A DNA stretch of 64,000 nucleotides, from positions 33,513,475 through 33,577,474 of the forward strand of contig JARDVH010000154.1 of the NCBI GenBank assembly GCA_030324005.1. Direction: 5' to 3'. Under the pieces are notes generated by a model. It saw only the letters and a program-made list of their open reading frames with translations. It did no database searches and had not been told where the DNA came from. The stretch is from Negaprion brevirostris (lineage: Eukaryota). The position numbers and the translations under genes were made by a program. Every line of letters begins with the position of its first letter. The stretch's first letter is position 1. Of the stretch, positions 24,612 to 38,732 are shown in pieces.

Positions 24612-27600
24612 ATAGCTTTAGATACATGGATCACTGGAATGTTTTCTGGGGAAGGTGGGACCTGTACAAGAGGGACAGGTTGCACCTGAACTGGAGGGGC
24701 ACCAATATCCTGGGTGGGAGGTTTGCTAGTGCTGTTTGGGAGGGTTTAAACGAATGTGGCAGGGGGGTGAGAGCCAGAACCGCAGGACAGTAAGTGTAGA
24801 GATTGGGGAAACAGAGACCGAGATAAAATCAGCGTAGAGTAAGAGCAGGCAGAGAGAAGCCACAGGGCTCAGTGGGACTGTAGGTCTGGAGTGCGTTTGT
24901 TTCAAGAAGTATAACAGGTAATACAGATGAACTGAGAGCCTGAATTACTGCATGGAATTATGATGTAATTGCAATTACATGGTTAAAGGAGGGACAAGAC
25001 TGGCAGCTTAACATTTCAGGTTATTGTTGTTTTAGACAGGACAGAAGTAGGGAGGGGGGGGGGGAAGAAACAAAAGAGGTGGGAGAGTNNNNNNNNNNNN
25101 NNNNNNNNNNNNNNNNNNNNNNNNNNNNNNNNNNNNNNNNNNNNNNNNNNNNNNNNNNNNNNNNNNNNNNNNNNNNNNNNNNNNNNNNCCCCCAAGAAAC
25201 CCACGCGGTGGGAGAGTTGCATTGCTGATTAGGGAGCACACCATAGCTGTGTTAAGGGAGGACCCATTGGAGAAATCTTGTAGTGAGGTATTTTGGGTGG
25301 AGGTCAGGAATAAAAAGGGTGAAATCACCATGATGGGAGTTTATCAATGACCTCCCAATAGCCCACAGGAGATAGAGAAGCAATTGTGTAGTCAGATACT
25401 GAAAAAGTGTGAAAAAAGCAGGATAGTTCTGATGGGTGACTTTAATTTTCTCCCATATTGATTGGGAATCCCTTACAGCCAGGGGCTCACTTCAAGAACC
25501 ATTTGTTAGCTGTTTCCAGGAGAGCTTTTTGATACAGTATGTTGACAATCCAACCAAGGAGTCATACTAGACTTGGTAGAGGGAATGAGCCAGGCTAGGG
25601 GATCAATATTTCAGTGGGGGAGCATTTTGGGCTCAGCGACCATAATTCCATAAGATTTTATGCAGTCATGGATAAGGACAGGAGTGGCCCTCAGGTGAAG
25701 GTTCTAAGTTGGACAAGGATCAAATACATCCGAATTAGACAGGAACTGGGGAACGTGGATTGGCTATTTGGGAGCAAATTCACGTCAGACATGTGGGAGG
25801 CTGATAAAGGCCAGTTGATTGACGTTCAGGATAGGCATAGCCCTGTGAAAAAGGATAGAAATAGCAGGATTTGGGAACCATGGATGACAAGGGAAATTGT
25901 AAATTTAGTCAAACGGAAGCACGATAGATCCAAGCATTTGAAAACGGATGAAGCCCTTGAGTATAGTGAAAGTAGGAAGGAATTTAAATGTGAAATTAGG
26001 AGGGCTAAAAGGAACCATGAATGTCTTTAGCAAATAGGGTCAAGGAGAATCCCAAGACTTTTTATGCATATACTAGGAGCAGGAGAAAGAGTAAACCCAC
26101 TCAAGGACAACGGAGGGAAGTTATGGTGGAATCACAGGAAGTGGGTGAAATCCTTAATGAGTACTTTGTATTGGCATTCATCACGGAGAAGGACATGACA
26201 GATGTTGAGGTCAGGGATAAGTGTGTGAATACTCGAGAACATTAATATATCAAAGGAGGAGGTTTGCATATCCTAAATTGCATTAAGGTAGAGAAGTTCC
26301 TGGGGCCAGTTACTGCGGAAGGTAAGGGGTGGAATAGCTGGGGCCTTAACAGATATTTTCACATCCTTTATGACCACAGGTGATGTTCCAGAATACTGGA
26401 GAATAGTCATTGTTCTTTTAAGAAAGGAAGTAGGAATAATCCAGAAAATTACAGGCCAGGGAGCCTGACATCAGTGGTGGGTTAGCTTTTGGAGAAGATG
26501 CTGAAGGACATTTGGAAGAAAATGGGCTAGTTAGTGACACACAGCGTGGTTTTATACAGGGAAGGTCATGCCTCACCAACTTGATTGAGTCTTTAGGAGA
26601 GGTGACAAAGAAAATTGATAAGNNNNNNNNNNNNNNNNNNNNNNNNNNNNNNNNNNNNNNNNNNNNNNNNNNNNNNNNNNNNNNNNNNNNNNNNNNNNNN
26701 NNNNNNNNNNNNNNNNNNNNNNAGGAGAGGTGACAAAGAAAATTGATAAGGGCTGTGGATGTAGTTAATTAGACTTTGGCAAGCAGTTCGACAAGGTCCC
26801 ACATGGCAGACCGGCACAAAAACTAAAATCACATGGTATTTGGGGTAGGCTGGCTAGATGGATACAGAACTGGCATAGTTATAGAAGACCGTAGCAGTGG
26901 GTGCTTTTCAAAATGGAGATCTGTAGCAAGAGGTGTTCCGCAGGGATCAGTGTTGGGACTTCTGTTAATACATTTATAGATCTGGAGGAAAATACGGGTG
27001 GTCTGATTAGTAAGTTTGTAGATGACAAAGACTGGCAGAGTAGTGATAGTGCTGTGCATTGTCAGAGGATATAACAGGATATAGATAGCTTGGAGACTTT
27101 GGCACAGGAATGGCAGATGGAGTTTAATCCGGACAAATGCAAGGTCATGCATTCGAGGATCAAATTTAAGTATGAATTATACTGTAATAGCAGAACTTTT
27201 AGGAATATTAATATACAAAAAGGATCTGGGCATGCAGCATCACAGTTTCCTGAAAGTGACAACACAGTTGGCCAAGATGATTAAGGCGGCATATGGCATG
27301 CTTGCCTTCATGATGCGGGACACTGAGTACAAAAGTTGGGAAATCATGTTGCAACTATATAAAATGTTGGGTAGGCAGCATTTTGGGCCTAACCAAATTG
27401 TGTGCAGTTCTGGTCCTCGCATTATCAGAAGGACATGGAAGTTTTGGAGAAAGCGCAAAGAAGGCTTACCAGGATGTTACCTGATTTGGAAGGTGTTGGC
27501 TATGAGGAGAGGTTGAATAAACTAGGATTATTTTCACTGGAAAGACAGAGGCTAAGGGGAAACCTGATAGAGGTCTACAAAATTACAGGAGGCATAGACA

Positions 27601-27920
27601 GGATGGATAGTCAGAGACTTTTTCCAAGGGTGGAAGTGTCAATTACAAGGTGGCACAGGTTCAAGGGGGAAGTTTAAAGGAGGTGTCCGAGGGAAATTTT
27701 TCAGGCAGAGAGTGGTGGATGCCTGGAATGCTCTGCCCAAGGATGGTGGAAGCAGGCACATTGGTAATATTTAAGAGGCATCTGGATGGGTACATGAATA
27801 GGGAGGGAATAGAGGGACATAGACTGAGTAAGGGCAGAAGGTTTTTTTTAAAGTTAGGGCATCATGATCGACACAGGCTTGGAGGGCCTGTCCTATACTT
27901 CACTTTTTTTGGTTCTTTGT
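24612..27920 (+). mobile_element. CR1-clade LINE, 5'-truncated (ORF1 esterase-like end, ORF2 endonuclease and RT, 3' tail), decayed
   Basis: ORF1-like DHWNVFWGRWDLYKRDRLHLN..GTNIL; EN GDFNF and SDHN motifs; RT GRSCLTNL, GVPQGSVLG, KFVDD, WQMEFNPDKCKVMH, LFSLE.QRLRGNLIEVYKI; CR1-type 3' tail. Confidence 0.92.
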
Positions 27921-28299
27921 ATGTGGACTGGCTACCAACAGCTTTTTTCCTGCTTCAGCAAAAGGTGCCAGACGTGGGAATGGGGGCTGGAATCAGTTTC
28001 AACCTGCCACTTTTAAAGCACTTTTGTGTCATTCCAACTCAGAAAAATACAAGCCTAAGACAATCTTCCTTTTCCCCTGATCACAAAAGACACACAAATA
28101 AAGCAGAAAATATGTACACTATGAGTGACTCATCAATAACATTACATTCAAAATATTCAGACATCTATGAGGAAAGCCAAAATAAGGTTTTTTGATACCT
28201 GCGAGTTCCAATAGTCAATATACACAGTTTTTCGCACAGGTTTTGTTCTTTCTCGTCAAAACTAATTTAGAAATCTAAAAATAAAAGCACACATCACAC

Positions 28300-28799
28300 T
28301 TTGAAAAAAAATGTTTTCTTCTTTATTTATGAACTCATCTGAACATCAGATATACCTGATAATTGTTGGTTAGCAAGAACCGTTTGTACATTTGATATTG
28401 ATGGCAAGAACCAAAACAGCGACGGCATGTGTAGGAAACTGTTGGAAAACAAGTCAGGTCAAAAGCAGTGTGATGTCAGCCAGGTCCAGAGACAGCATGG
28501 GTCAACGGTCAACCAAAAACCTCTGGATATAACAAAGCGAGAGTTTGGTTAAACCCTCAACAGAATGGAGCAGGACAAAATATGACAAAGGATTTAAAAA
28601 AATGTCATACCATCCCCTGATAACCTGCTGGCTAAAGGCTACATCAAACCGGAACAAACTTGTTCTGAACAGAATGAGTTTGACGAGGGATTTAAAAACT
28701 TTCAGACTGAAAGTAGGACACACTGAAAAAATCCTAGCATTTCTCCAAGCTCCGTTCTCTTCTGTCACACAGTCCAACTCTCTGGAACACAGTTGCTCT
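28300..28799 (-). other. PSMD11: Probable non-coding terminal (3'UTR) exon of PSMD11
   Basis: Strong acceptor tgtttgtttttcctcccacag (AG at 28800-28801). AATAAA at 28322-28327 is followed by GU-rich gtgtgatgtgtgctttt. Segments agttgga..aaatgctagga..ctacttt..gaaagtttttaaatcc resemble the start of the mammalian PSMD11 3'UTR as recalled. Confidence 0.7.
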
Positions 28800-29118
28800 C
28801 TGTGGGAGGAAAAACAAACAGCTAAGCAAGCTGTATAAATGCCAGGCTGACAAAGCTGAAATTGGTTACATACTTCATAGTCAAAGAAAAATCTACTTGA
28901 ACACAGCACAGCTCTCATAGGAAAAAAGGAGACAAATCATATTGGCAACCATCAAAAATTGATCGATCCATGCTGTCACAAATGGATTTGATACTGAAGG
29001 AGGTTACCATTTGGTCCATTAGCCATTATAACAGCCACAGGGACAATGTGCTCAACAGGCTGCTGGCTGAAAATGGACACCAGCTGGACCAGGTTGTCTC
29101 TTTAGAACTTCAAAAAGG

Positions 29119-29438
29119 TATAGAATCCCTACAGTGCAGAAAGAGACCATTTGACCCATCGAGCCAGCACCAACAATCCCACCCAGGCCCTATCCCTGCA
29201 ACTCCACATTCACCCCACTAATCCCCCCTGACACTAAGGAGCAAGTTAGTATGGCCAATCCACCTTACCCACACATCTTTGGGCTGTGGGACTAACCCGA
29301 AGCACCCGGAGGACAGGAAGCCCACGCAAACACAGGGAGAATGTGCAAACTTCAGGGTTACCCAAGGCCAAAGGAAGTGAACCCCGGTCCCTGGTGCTGT
29401 GAGGAGACAACACTAACCACTGTGCCACCACACTACCC
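29119..29438 (-). mobile_element. HE1-type V-SINE
   Basis: Same family, reverse orientation. Confidence 0.85.
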
Positions 29439-30599
29439 TTAATATTCAGATTAAATTATGTTATAACTTAATTAATGTTATATTAACTTGGTTTGTTTTC
29501 CTTTGATTTTAGAAGGTTGAGAATTGATATTAGAAAGTGATAACAGGATTCACTGGGAGGAGACAGAAACTATTTCTGTGGGCATAGGAATCCAGAACAG
29601 GAAGATGTAATGTTAAAATTTGAATTGAGCTGTTTAAGAGGCAAATCAGGAGTCACTTATTTCAGTTTGCAAATAGCTGACAAACCGGGGGTAATTTTAC
29701 CATCCTGGGGCGGGTTGGTGGGAGGCATGCAAACATCCATTGGCCTTGGTGGGATTTTCCAGTTTTGGGGTGAACACAGCTGGAAACTCCCAACCCTAAT
29801 CTCAAAGGCTCTACATCAATCTTCTGTGCTGAAGGCAAAAATCTCTCTACTATGCTAAATTCATGGTCACTGCTCTCAATTTCAAAGTACAGTAATTTTC
29901 GTGCCCTGTTCTATGAACAAATTAATGACTTTTGGTATCACTTTATCAATCATTTTTGTTCTTAATTACCAAGTGAATACAAGCTTTACAAATGTCAGAA
30001 ACTGAATTCTGCTTTTTATTAAAAAAGAAAATACAATTAACTGTCATTGTAAATTCTCAATTTAATAAAATTTGCAATTCCCCAAATAAAACATTTGTTT
30101 CATAAACAAAACAAATGAACCATTTTTATTTGCAACGGCTTAAATTTAGTATTTTGGGCATGGAAAAACAATGCTACATATTATTCACTAAAAATCATTG
30201 ATGACTATGCCTCATTTTTTCAAACCTAAAGTCTTACTTGTATTTTAAACAAGTAAAATATCCAGAAAAGACATTCACACATCTAAGCTTGGAATCACTT
30301 ATGACAGAAGAAAAGTGGGGTTTGCACTAATGCTAAACTGGAACAGTAAATATAGACACACGGCCCCACCGAACTCCAGCAACATGGTTCGAGACTGAGA
30401 AGTTAGTCTCACACCCCATAACATCACGCCATGGAGTATCCTCATTTGTAACAGTAATACGGTGCCAGGTTAGTCATCTGAGGTTCTAACTATCTGGGCT
30501 CTGTACATCCAATGACAGAAGAATCCAAAGAAATAACTTGCCTTTGCTGGTGGATAACTTAAGCTGTTTGAATCAAAGGCATTTATTACACAATGAGTA

Positions 30600-31690
30600 A
30601 TTCAGGCAATGGTCAAAAGGTGCAATAGGAAAACATCTAGAAACTGAAAATATAATGGAGAATAGTCAGCACGGATCTCAAAAGGGAAAAATCTTTGATC
30701 AACCGTACTAAATTCTTTTGAGATAGTAGAAAAAGTGGTAAGAGTAATTCAGACATAATATATTTGTATTTCCAAAGGCATTTGATAAGATGCATATTGG
30801 ATATGTGACTACGGTCAGAACATGTGGAATCAGGGGACAAGTCTGAGAATTGATTGNNNNNNNNNNGCAAGCTGGCTACAAGATGAGACAACAGGGGATG
30901 AAAGATTGTCACTCAGATTGGCAAAAAGGTAAGAAATGATTTCGCACAAAAGATTTGGCTGGGACCAGAGAATTAAGTATTCAACTTCAAAATTTTTAAA
31001 TCACGCCAAATTGCAGCTTTGTAGTTAACACTGGAGAGCTGCAGGAAGACATCAATAAACTTGCAGAACGGGTATGTGAGTGTTAAATAGATTTCAATAT
31101 AGGTAAGTGTCATGGAGTGCAAAGGAGGCGACATGCTCTTTGGAAAATGGGCATTTGGTTGGGAATCAGAAGGATAGATTACCACAGTTAATAAAGCAAA
31201 ACACTGGTTAATTTCTTGAGGGATAAAACTGAAAAACAACATTTTATATTCCACTTTTGTAAAACCTTATGGGCCACACGAAGTATTGTGTACTGGCCTG
31301 TATATTAAAAGGAGAACATAGGAATACTGGAGAAGGTATAAAAACACTTACTACACTAATACCAGAACTGAAAGGTTAGAATTCTCAGGGAAAACTGAAT
31401 AGGCTGGGGCTATTTTCCCTGGACAAGAAAAGATTGAGGGGTGACCTGATAGAGGTCATCAAGATTATTAAAGAGCTGGATGAGACAGACACGGATGTTT
31501 CCACTTGCAGAAGTGACCATGACTACGGCCCTTAATTACAAGATACCCAATAATAAGTTCAATAAGGAATAATTGAAACAACCAGCACAGTCTATTAAGG
31601 GGAAATTAGACAAACACATGAAGAATGGAGAAGAATACATTGATTGGGCTAGTTGAAGTGTGAAAGGAAGTTCATGTGGGTGCATATAAT
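30600..31690 (+). mobile_element. Old CR1 RT/3' fragment
   Basis: Degenerate SQHG..KGKS, YLYFQRHL and RLRGDLIEVIKI motifs. Confidence 0.75.
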
Positions 31691-32449
31691 ATTTCAAACC
31701 AACATTTATTGCACATCTGCATTCCATGTGATCTGACAGTGGGTTGCACACAAACTGACCTTTCATGGAACTAGGCTACAGCTTCAAAGCAGCACATCTT
31801 TCCAAATGTGTGCAAGAGATGACAAGACAGCTGAGATCAGTTAACAAAGACTTTAAAGTTGTGGTATATTTATGGGAAGGGAGTAAAGGAACAAAATCAA
31901 GGTTTAATGTTCAAAATTAATGCCTTTCTCAGATATTTATGAAACAGCAGGCCAGCATTTTAATCATTTGACCTGCAAAGCAGCAAGCTTATATTTCTAG
32001 ATAAATTACATTTATCTGTGGTTGAGAGTCTCACACAAATTTGTGCCACTTAGGTGTATAACAAAATTTGCATATAAATTCACTCAAAGATCGATTAAAT
32101 TGGGAAAGGTTTCCAAGCCAATTTGTGTAACATTGCCTTAAGTTGATCTCCAGTCAAGGCCTTAGAACTCCCTCACTTGTCAAAGCAGTAAATTAAACAC
32201 CACACTAAAAATATAGAGCCAATTTCTTCCAATGTTCTGATGAGTGCTGATGTGATTTATATATCACAAGACAGTTGGAGATGGCCAATCGAATGCTACA
32301 CAAGGTATGCATTAAACTAGGCTACAGAAATCTCAGCCTCAAGCTCTGTGTAGAATTTGAGTTCAGAAGTGTTATCATGGAATGAGAGAGCATAAATTTG
32401 GTTGCTAACTTCATTATGCTGGCGACCGGGTGAGCGGAGAAGAAAGTAA

Positions 32450-33800
32450 GAGAGGCAGGAAATCTAGTCAGTCCCATTCACCCAGATCCCTGTACCAAGT
32501 TTTTCCTTCAAGGGCCCATCTAATTTGCTTCAAAATTACTGACCGTCTCCACTTCTACAGCAGGCAGTGCGTTCCAGGTCGTTGACATTTCCTGCATAAA
32601 GATGTTCTTCCTCACATTCTCCCACCATCTCTTCACCAAAATCTTAAACCCATGTACCTGGACCTTTTACAATTACTAAAGAAAGAGCTTTTTCCATTCA
32701 AACTCTATCCAAGCCTGTCTTAACTTGTATACCTCTATCAAATCTTCCCTCAATCTCATTTTCTTCAAAAGAGAAGTCCAGTCTTTCCAACCGAACCTTA
32801 TAACCAAAATCCAACCATCTCTGGAACTACTCTGGTCAACCACTGCTTTACCTTCAAGGATGTTCACATCCTAAGGTGTAATGACCTGAACTGGATGCAA
32901 AGCTCTAGAACACACCCAACTCGAGCTTTTATACAAAGGTTCAGCATAACTTCTCTGCTTTTTCACTCAATGCCTTTCTTTGTGAAACCAAGAATTTTGC
33001 TAACCACCCTCTGAACATGTCCTGCCATTCTGAAAGANNNNNNNNNNNNNNNNNNNNNNNNNNNNNNTTTAGAATTATGCTATTAAGTCGAAACTGCTTC
33101 TCGCTAGCCCTTCAGCCAAAATGCATCACCTCGCTCTCTGGCCATTCTGCTTGCCTGTGTGCTGCTGCCAGCAATTCAGATCATCCTTACCATTTGTCAC
33201 TCCAAGTTTGGTATCAGCAAATTCAGAAAATTCACCCTTTATTCTAAAATCCAAGCCATAAATATATAATAAAAAATGAATGGTCCTAACACTGACCCTT
33301 GGGGAACATCACTGTTTACTTCCCTCCAATCTAAAAAACAACCCTCTATTCATGTTTCTGTCATTAAGTTTTTTTTATCCAACTGGATACTTATTCTCCA
33401 AACTGCAATTTTGTTATCTAGGTCTTTTTAAGCGGCACTTTTCAAAAGTTTTAAAAATTTGTACAAGCAACATCCACCACATTCCCTTCATCAACCATAT
33501 GTTTTTTTAAAAAATCTATTAGTTAAACACAATCTGCCTTTTACAAATGTGCTGGTTGGTCCTAATTAAGTCAAACTTCACTTGGACTGGCCTTGCACGC
33601 TTTCCTGGACATGTGCCACTGCCCAATATTCTGTTACCTCCCTCAAATCTAGGGCAGCATAAAAGATAAAAGGCAAGACATCTACTCCTGTCACCATTAC
33701 TTAAACAACTTGAGATGCAAGCCATCTTGACCAGGTGACCTATCTGCCCTAAGCACGGCTGGCCTTGTCAATACCGCCTCCTTTTCTACCAATATTGTCA
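32450..33800 (-). mobile_element. Old CR1 fragment
   Basis: RLREDLIEVYK motif and a VPQGSVLGP-like segment (~33280-33310) on the minus strand. Confidence 0.75.
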
Positions 33801-34314
33801 GATTTCTCTTCTCTAAACTCAGTTACAAAGAACTTGTTAAATAATCAAACATTGCCCTGAACTATAAACATACATCAACATATCTTTAAAGAATCCACTC
33901 TATTTACGTGCATCCCTTCTGTACTGACTGCTATTGTAGAGGAAAAAAACATGACAAAATAAGCTTCCATGATAGAACAGCACAACGTTCTAACAGCATA
34001 ACAGGGTAATTGATTTCTGGTCAATTAAGCTTGATTACTTACAAAATTAATTTCCCTCACTGAAAAGGAGCATTACTTCAGGAGATCTCTCATCAAAAGA
34101 ATAAAACCAATGGACAGATGAAAATGACCGTTTTTAAGACAAATGTTTCANNNNNNNNNNNNNNNNNNNNNNNNNNNNNNNNNNNNNNNNNNNNNNNNNN
34201 NNNNNNNNNNNNNNNNNNNNNNNNNNNNNNNNNNNNNNNNNNNNNNNNNNNNNNNNNNNNNNNNNNNNNNNNNNNNNNNNNNNNNNNNNNNNNNNNNNNN
34301 NNNNNNNNNNNNNN

Positions 34315-34493
34315 CATGGAGTTGCTGGCATTAGACTGGGATAGTAAGTAGTCTCGCAACACCACATTAAAGTCCAACAGGTTTATTTGGTAGCACGAGC
34401 TTTCAGATGAGTAAAGGACCAGTGCTCTGAAAGCTCATGCTACCAAATAAACCTGTTGGACTTTAACCTGGTGTTGAGAGACTACTTATTGTG
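34315..34493. mobile_element. Fold-back Penelope-type element, copy 4
   Basis: Same arms (aaagtccaacaggtttatttggtagca / tgctaccaaataaacctgttggacttt). Confidence 0.8.
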
Positions 34494-35684
34494 CCTACTT
34501 GAATCATAAGATATGTGTGCAGCACAAGTAAATGCTTTTTTAGTATCTGCTTTTAATGCCAGTGCAACACAAAAGCAACATTTATAGGGGAACCTTCAGA
34601 TTGTGTTTCCATTTTAGGTATTTAATTAGTCTTTGTGAGCCACATGATTGCTCCTGGTTTTAATGCTTGAAATGTAATTAGTGTGGGCCAATCTGAACAT
34701 TTTCAATATCATATAGAACATAAAAGGAGAGAGAGAAGAAAATAACACTCATGGCAATTAGAATCTGTTCCCAAGAAGATGGGTAAACACGGAGATTCTG
34801 ACTTCTGTCATCACTCCATCAAGGCTGCCTTTATGTGGTCTAATTTCTTCTCTGCTAATGTAATAAAATGCTGTAAAATCTCTCGGTTGTGTGTGCTGCA
34901 TACACAAGATGAAAGGCTAATAAATGAATAGAAGAAAGTGATTTCCCAACGGATGATATTCACTAATAAAAGCTTATCAATGGAAGGGCTAATCCTGTAG
35001 CACAGAACTAGATTTCAAATCCTTCAAATTTAATTAATTTGAAATGTGTGCATGTGGGAATCTTAAATGAGCTTGGATGCNNNNNNNNNNNNNNNNNNNN
35101 NNNNNNNNNNNNNNNNNNNNNNNNNNNNNNNNNNNNNNNNNNNNNNNNNNNNNNNNNNNNNNNNNNNNNNNNNNNNNNNNNNNNNNNNNNNNNNNNNNNN
35201 NNNNNNNNNNNNNNNNNNNNNNNNNNNNNNNNNNNNNNNNNNNNNNNNNNNNNNNNNNNNNNNNNNNNNNNNNNNNNNNNNNNNNNNNNNNNNNNNNNNN
35301 NNNNNNNNNNNNNNNNNNNNNNNNNNNNNNNNNNNNNNNNNNNNNNNNNNNNNNNNNNNNNNNNNNNNNNNNNNNNNNNNNNNNNNNNNNNNNNNNNNNN
35401 NNNNNNNNNNNNNNNNNNNNNNNNNNNNNNNNNNNNNNNNNNNNNNNNNNNNNNNNNNNNNNNNNNNNNNNNNNNNNNNNNNNNNNNNNNNNNNNNNNNN
35501 NNNNNNNNNNNNNNNNNNNNNNNNNNNNNNNNNNNNCCCTCAATCTGGATGGCCATAAAACATTAGACAGGGGTCATGGGTGGAGAGGGGGACTGGTGGT
35601 GTTGAGATGGCGGCGCGGGCTCGTTGGGCTGAAGGGCCTGTTTCCGTTCTTTGTTTATTGCACATGAACAGCAAGTGTACTCTA

Positions 35685-36690
35685 TTTTAAGTCTTCTCAT
35701 CCAATCTCTCACTCCTTCCCCTCGCTGCCAGAACTGCAACATAGTTCCCCTTGTGCATCCTACCAACCTCCATATTCAAAGAATTGATCACTGCCATTTC
35801 CACTACCTCCAGCATGATGTCAATACCAAATACACTCTCCTCTCCCCTGTCAACATTCTGAGACGGATATTTTCTTGTTAACACCCTGTTCCACTCCTCA
35901 ATCACCCTTGCCTCCTCCTTACGCCTTGTTCACATGTATTTGCAGGTGTAACACCTGCTCTTTCACCTCCTTTCCACCCCCTCACTATCCAAAGCCCCAA
36001 ATGCTTCTCCCAGGTTAAGCAATGATTTGCTCAAACTTCCTTCAATTCAGCATGATATACTCGGTACTCTCAATGTGGTCTCCTCAATATTAGGAGAATC
36101 AAAGGCAGATTGGGTGACTGCTTTGTGGAACACACTGCTCAATCTTTAAACTTGATGCAAGCTTCCAGTTGTTGGCCACTTTATCACCAGCTTGTGCTCT
36201 TAGTCACATTTCTGTCCTTTGCCTGATGCAGTGCCCCAGTGAAGTTGAACAAAAGCTCGATAAATAGCACCTCATCTTCTGATTAGACATTTTGAAGCTT
36301 TCTGGGCTCAGAGTTCAATGTGAAAGTTGTCTCCCATTTATTTTTTTTGCTGTGTGCTAATTTGAATCTTATTTTTCATATTTTTGCTTTCAGTGTTCAT
36401 TATCCTGCCATTCTGACTCGCTCTGGACAAATCCTTGTTATTTTTTACAATTACCACTCCCCTTGCTTTTTATCCATTTGATCTGCCATTTAATCTCTCC
36501 TGCCCTCTACCCAACTTTCCCTTTTATTCTCTCCCACCGCCTTCAAACTTCAACAGCATCTTCCCTTTGTTCAGAAGAGTCACATAATTCGAAATATTAA
36601 CTGTTTATCCCTTCACAGACTCTGCTGATCCTGAGTATTTCTAGCATTTTCTGTTTATTTCATAATTCCAGCATTCACAAAAATTGTTTT
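35685..36690 (+). mobile_element. Penelope-like element remnant (GIY-YIG endonuclease and 3' pLTR)
   Basis: Degenerate SQCGLL.IGE.K.RLGDCFVEH (~36065-36135), followed by terminal sequence ...cacagactctgctgatcctgagtatttctagcattttctgttt. Confidence 0.75.
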
Positions 36691-37767
36691 TATTTAGTCT
36701 TTAAAATGAAATATATCTGAAGGGCAGGCTTGAACTTGGCTGCAGGATAGTATGCCAAGTTTCAACTTCATTAAGACACACAGACATAATTCATACCTTA
36801 TTTCAAAATTTTTCATTCTGTCCCCTGGTCAAATAGCAAAATGCTCGGCAACTCAGGAAGCAATAATAATACTTGGATTTTCTCTGCAGTACAGGTGAAG
36901 AAGCTGAGACACCCCAAACTGAGGCTACAACATTATTGTAATTACACTATGACTAATCTATATACACACTTCCAATATAAATGCAGACGTAGGAATATTT
37001 AACAAAAGTGCGCACTTTTGTAAGATTTTTTAAAAATTAACCAATTTCCCACATAGGGTGTCAGGAACTAACATTAAAGCAGGGTGAGAGGTGGATATTT
37101 GGACAGAGTGCAGAAAGAATTGCATTGTGCACAGTCTCCACTGGCTGGTGTGTATAATTGTAGCATGACAAGTTTTCATTATAAAACATAGAAACTGAAA
37201 TTTAAAATTTAACAGTAGACATAAAACGGGTCCAAAGAATACATTTCTAACATATTTTAAATGCTGATTATCTGGCTGTGAGAAGGAGACAAAACTAATT
37301 GATTGGGATTGCTACCCCAACTTGTTGGGAGAGGGGAACAAAATAGAGATTGAGCAAGATAAATTGATGGTGCAAGCTAACCTCATTCAAAATCAAAGTT
37401 GTTTTATTTGATTAGGAAAATGGTAAAAGTAAAACGATCCCTTTGAATTCTATTGTGGTTCCTAAATGTGACAGTGAAAGGTACCTATTTAATCTTTTGG
37501 CCTTTAATTTAATATCAGCTGTAACAGGCTCACGTCTAGGGTCTTTATTGGATTTTTTTCCTCGCCAGGCAGCCACACAAACTGAAAGTAGAGAAAACAT
37601 TCCATGATGTCCAATTTCATGGAATGAAACCATACTTCCATATGAATAATGCATTACCCTCCAGTATGAACCGGAGATATCCGCTGGATACGGCACATAC
37701 GTCAGCTATACCTATACGGGACTATTTTACAAAAGGGATGCTGTCTCTTGCACTATATTATACTCAC

Positions 37768-37959
<192 letters not shown>

Positions 37960-38680
37960 CTAGGAATATTTTTATCTTCTAGTTACCTTGCTAGGATTAC
38001 TACATTTATTTAAAATCTAAAGAAGCATCAATCCAATACCAGGAAAGGTACATAATGTATAATTTCCAGTGTGAAATTATACAAATCGAGAACAAAGTTA
38101 TTCCATTAATAACACTGATGAGGTTGGTTCGATACCAACAAATCTTCGAGATAATTTGCCCACAGTAGTAACCACAGGTCAGTCAGTTACTTTAATAGCT
38201 TAAAATATCCTAATATGTACAAGGTTAAAAGGTGATGAAAAGCAATCACCTCATTTAACTTATTTTTAAACATAAAGTGATCTAAAATTCCGCATGGCAT
38301 TTTTAACAGCCAAAAGGAATATTGTAGGACATGCAGTACGGTACTGGAACAAAAATGCCACTTGCAGCTAATACTTTCATCCCATCTGGAACAAGTAAGA
38401 AGTTATTTTGAACAAGAGATGTGACCAAAGTTTAAATCATATATGTCTTGAGATGAATTGAGAACTAAAAAAATAAAAAGCAACTCGACAAAAATTTTAG
38501 CCTTAAAGATATTGCATAGTCAAGATTTAAAATTGTAATTGCAACAGTGACTAGGTTATGTAGTTAAAATGATTATATGGAAAATTATTTTTTGTTCAAC
38601 TATTGTGCGTGTCAGAGCTGGGTATGATTTTAACTTTGTTGTAGCTTGTGTGTTCAATATAGAAATTGTTCAACACTTAC

Positions 38681-38732
38681 CATGAAATTTCTTATCCAAG
38701 ATCATTTGAGAGAGTTTCCTTTCCACATCACC
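38681..38732 (-). CDS. PSMD11: PSMD11 coding exon (exon 12 eq.), GDVERKLSQMILDKKFH-G
   Basis: ctag|GGT...CAT G|gtaagt, 52 bp. Confidence 0.96.

Noticed and set aside
35008-35667. Long ORFs in the track spanning N runs (also 9105-9547 and 10542-11177)
   Set aside because: Artefacts of translating assembly gaps.
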